Notes under the pieces: generated by a model
The model's input: only the letters and a program-made list of their open reading frames with translations
Databases searched by the model: none
Told to the model about the DNA's origin: nothing
In this document: positions 63,001 to 64,000 of the stretch, piece after piece
How the letters are laid out: every line of letters starts with the position of its first letter
How positions within the stretch are numbered: position 1 is the stretch's first letter
Virus record (IMG/VR): IMGVR_UViG_3300030433_002269
Location: 1 to 64,000 of that record
DNA: 64,000 bases
DNA from: a virus
Taxonomy: Duplodnaviria; Caudoviricetes
Reading direction: 5' to 3' (one strand)
Position numbers and translations under genes: made by a program

Positions 63001-63998
63001 CAGGCCTCACCTCTGTATGATTGTATGATTTCCCGCATGGAAGACGCTTCCTTTTCACTGTTACTGGTAACAAATACTCCCATTGCTTTAGCAATAGTCT
63101 GCTTATCTTCTAAGTGTGGCAACATACCTGCCAATAATTTAGCCACTTCATCATGACCATAGAACACCACTTTATGTTCCATCAAATCCTTCTTAATGAC
63201 ATTATCTAACTGAAGGCTACCAAAGCCCAAGTGCGTATGTAAGTCAACGCAATGCCTTCTACCTTCCATACCTTTACTGACAAAAATTGCTCTGGGCTCA
63301 TCCCTTTCAGTGATTGTAAGGCGACCACTGTGGTCCATGAACCCAGCAGCATAAGGCCATACATCCTTTATGACAAGACCAGAATTATCCATTATCATAT
63401 ACTCACTTTTTCTGTGACCCTTGACAATAGCAATCTCTTCGCCATACATCTTGAGTAACTTAGCCAATTGATTACTCTCAAGTCGCTTAGCACCTTTACC
63501 AATCAATCGCTCGGTGATTCTACGAGCAGTAAGCGGGCCTTCTTGTTTTAGAATCTCAGCGGAGTCTAGTAGCCAATTTTGCTGCATCTTATTGAGAGTG
63601 TCAAATTGATGTAGGGTGTTATGCCAAGTCTTTCTGGCAGATTGCCTTTCTTGCATAGCATTCTCCCAAGCCGCCCTTTCTTCTTCTCCCCATACATCTT
63701 CATACTGGTCTAGCATTTTGAGCGCCGCATCTGCCGATTCCCATTGTTGACAAGCCCTAACAAGAGAGGCTTCCCTAGAGTTACCAAACAGTCTGAGTGA
63801 CTTGAGTGCCCTTTCTGAAAGCCCTAACTCTTTGATTACAGAGTGATAATTATCTGCCCACGGTAATGAATCCAGTGTGGCTTGAATCTCAGCCTCCTTA
63901 AGAATTTCAACAGCCTTTTTGATTTCTTCAAACTCTTCGCCCATTCCAACTTCAGTAGCCTTGTTGAGGGTAGCGAGTACTTGGTCGGCACTTTGACC
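63000..63998 (-). CDS. wHTH + degenerate LAGLIDADG-fold protein; frame open to window edge (5' partial)
   Basis: YAAGFMDHSG motif; ILKQEGPLTARRITERL wHTH-like; no in-frame stop upstream of ATG 63944. Confidence 0.7.
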   Translation of the reverse strand, partial: GQSADQVLATLNKATEVGMGEEFEEIKKAVEILKEAEIQATLDSLPWADNYHSVIKELGLSERALKSLRLFGNSREASLVRACQQWESADAALKMLDQYEDVWGEEERAAWENAMQERQSARKTWHNTLHQFDTLNKMQQNWLLDSAEILKQEGPLTARRITERLIGKGAKRLESNQLAKLLKMYGEEIAIVKGHRKSEYMIMDNSGLVIKDVWPYAAGFMDHSGRLTITERDEPRAIFVSKGMEGRRHCVDLHTHLGFGSLQLDNVIKKDLMEHKVVFYGHDEVAKLLAGMLPHLEDKQTIAKAMGVFVTSNSEKEASSMREIIQSYRGEA

Positions 63999-64000
63999 TA

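Noticed and set aside
18-63458. Numerous 60-160-aa ORFs antisense to or nested in the called genes (e.g. 17786-18256, 25206-25541, 52375-52797, 62332-62820)
   Set aside because: Shadow frames of long real genes, with no SD, no coupling and no recognisable motifs.
63000-63944. Mobile homing endonuclease, intron or intein
   Set aside because: The catalytic residue is degenerate, the gene is operon-coupled and there are no splicing motifs; PolB, RFC and MCM also have no room for inteins.
1-64000. Provirus or host chromosomal flank
   Set aside because: No integrase, att-like tRNA or housekeeping host genes; RFC and the thermosome are embedded in coupled viral operons.

Overview
This window is a large part of a lytic, tailed dsDNA virus genome (Caudoviricetes, HK97-fold capsid) with an archaeal-type replisome. 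The gene set best matches a magrovirus, a virus of Marine Group II/Poseidoniales archaea; that assignment is inferred from gene content, not from a search. There are two convergent blocks. The plus strand (1-18.9 kb) holds about 18 tiny translationally coupled early ORFs, a DenV-like glycosylase, RFC small subunit, a probable SSB, a RecA/Sak4-like ATPase, a probable clamp, PolB, a wHTH-Nmad1/DUF1599 fusion, a Cas4-like nuclease, a PriS-PriL fusion primase, an ERCC4/XPF nuclease, a divergent MCM and a group II chaperonin. The minus strand (64-18.9 kb) holds portal, small head proteins, a 1889-aa protein ending in a ligase-like fold, prohead protease/scaffold, MCP, neck, tail tube, tail chaperones, a 159-aa tape-measure candidate, two paralogous distal-tail-like proteins and a 5227-aa LamG-headed protein. 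Best lead: a hydrophobic-x-K-[A/S/G] motif recurs densely in head-module proteins and brackets a catalytically dead DNA-ligase domain, suggesting a protease-processed inner-head cargo system. Other leads: a very short tape measure with a non-canonical -1 frameshift upstream, several pseudoenzymes, PolB active-site substitutions beside a nucleotide-modification-associated domain, a triple 20-bp gene-junction repeat and two structured intergenic RNAs. No CRISPR array, tRNA, rRNA, integrase, transposase or reverse transcriptase was seen. All family calls come from motif recognition by eye.
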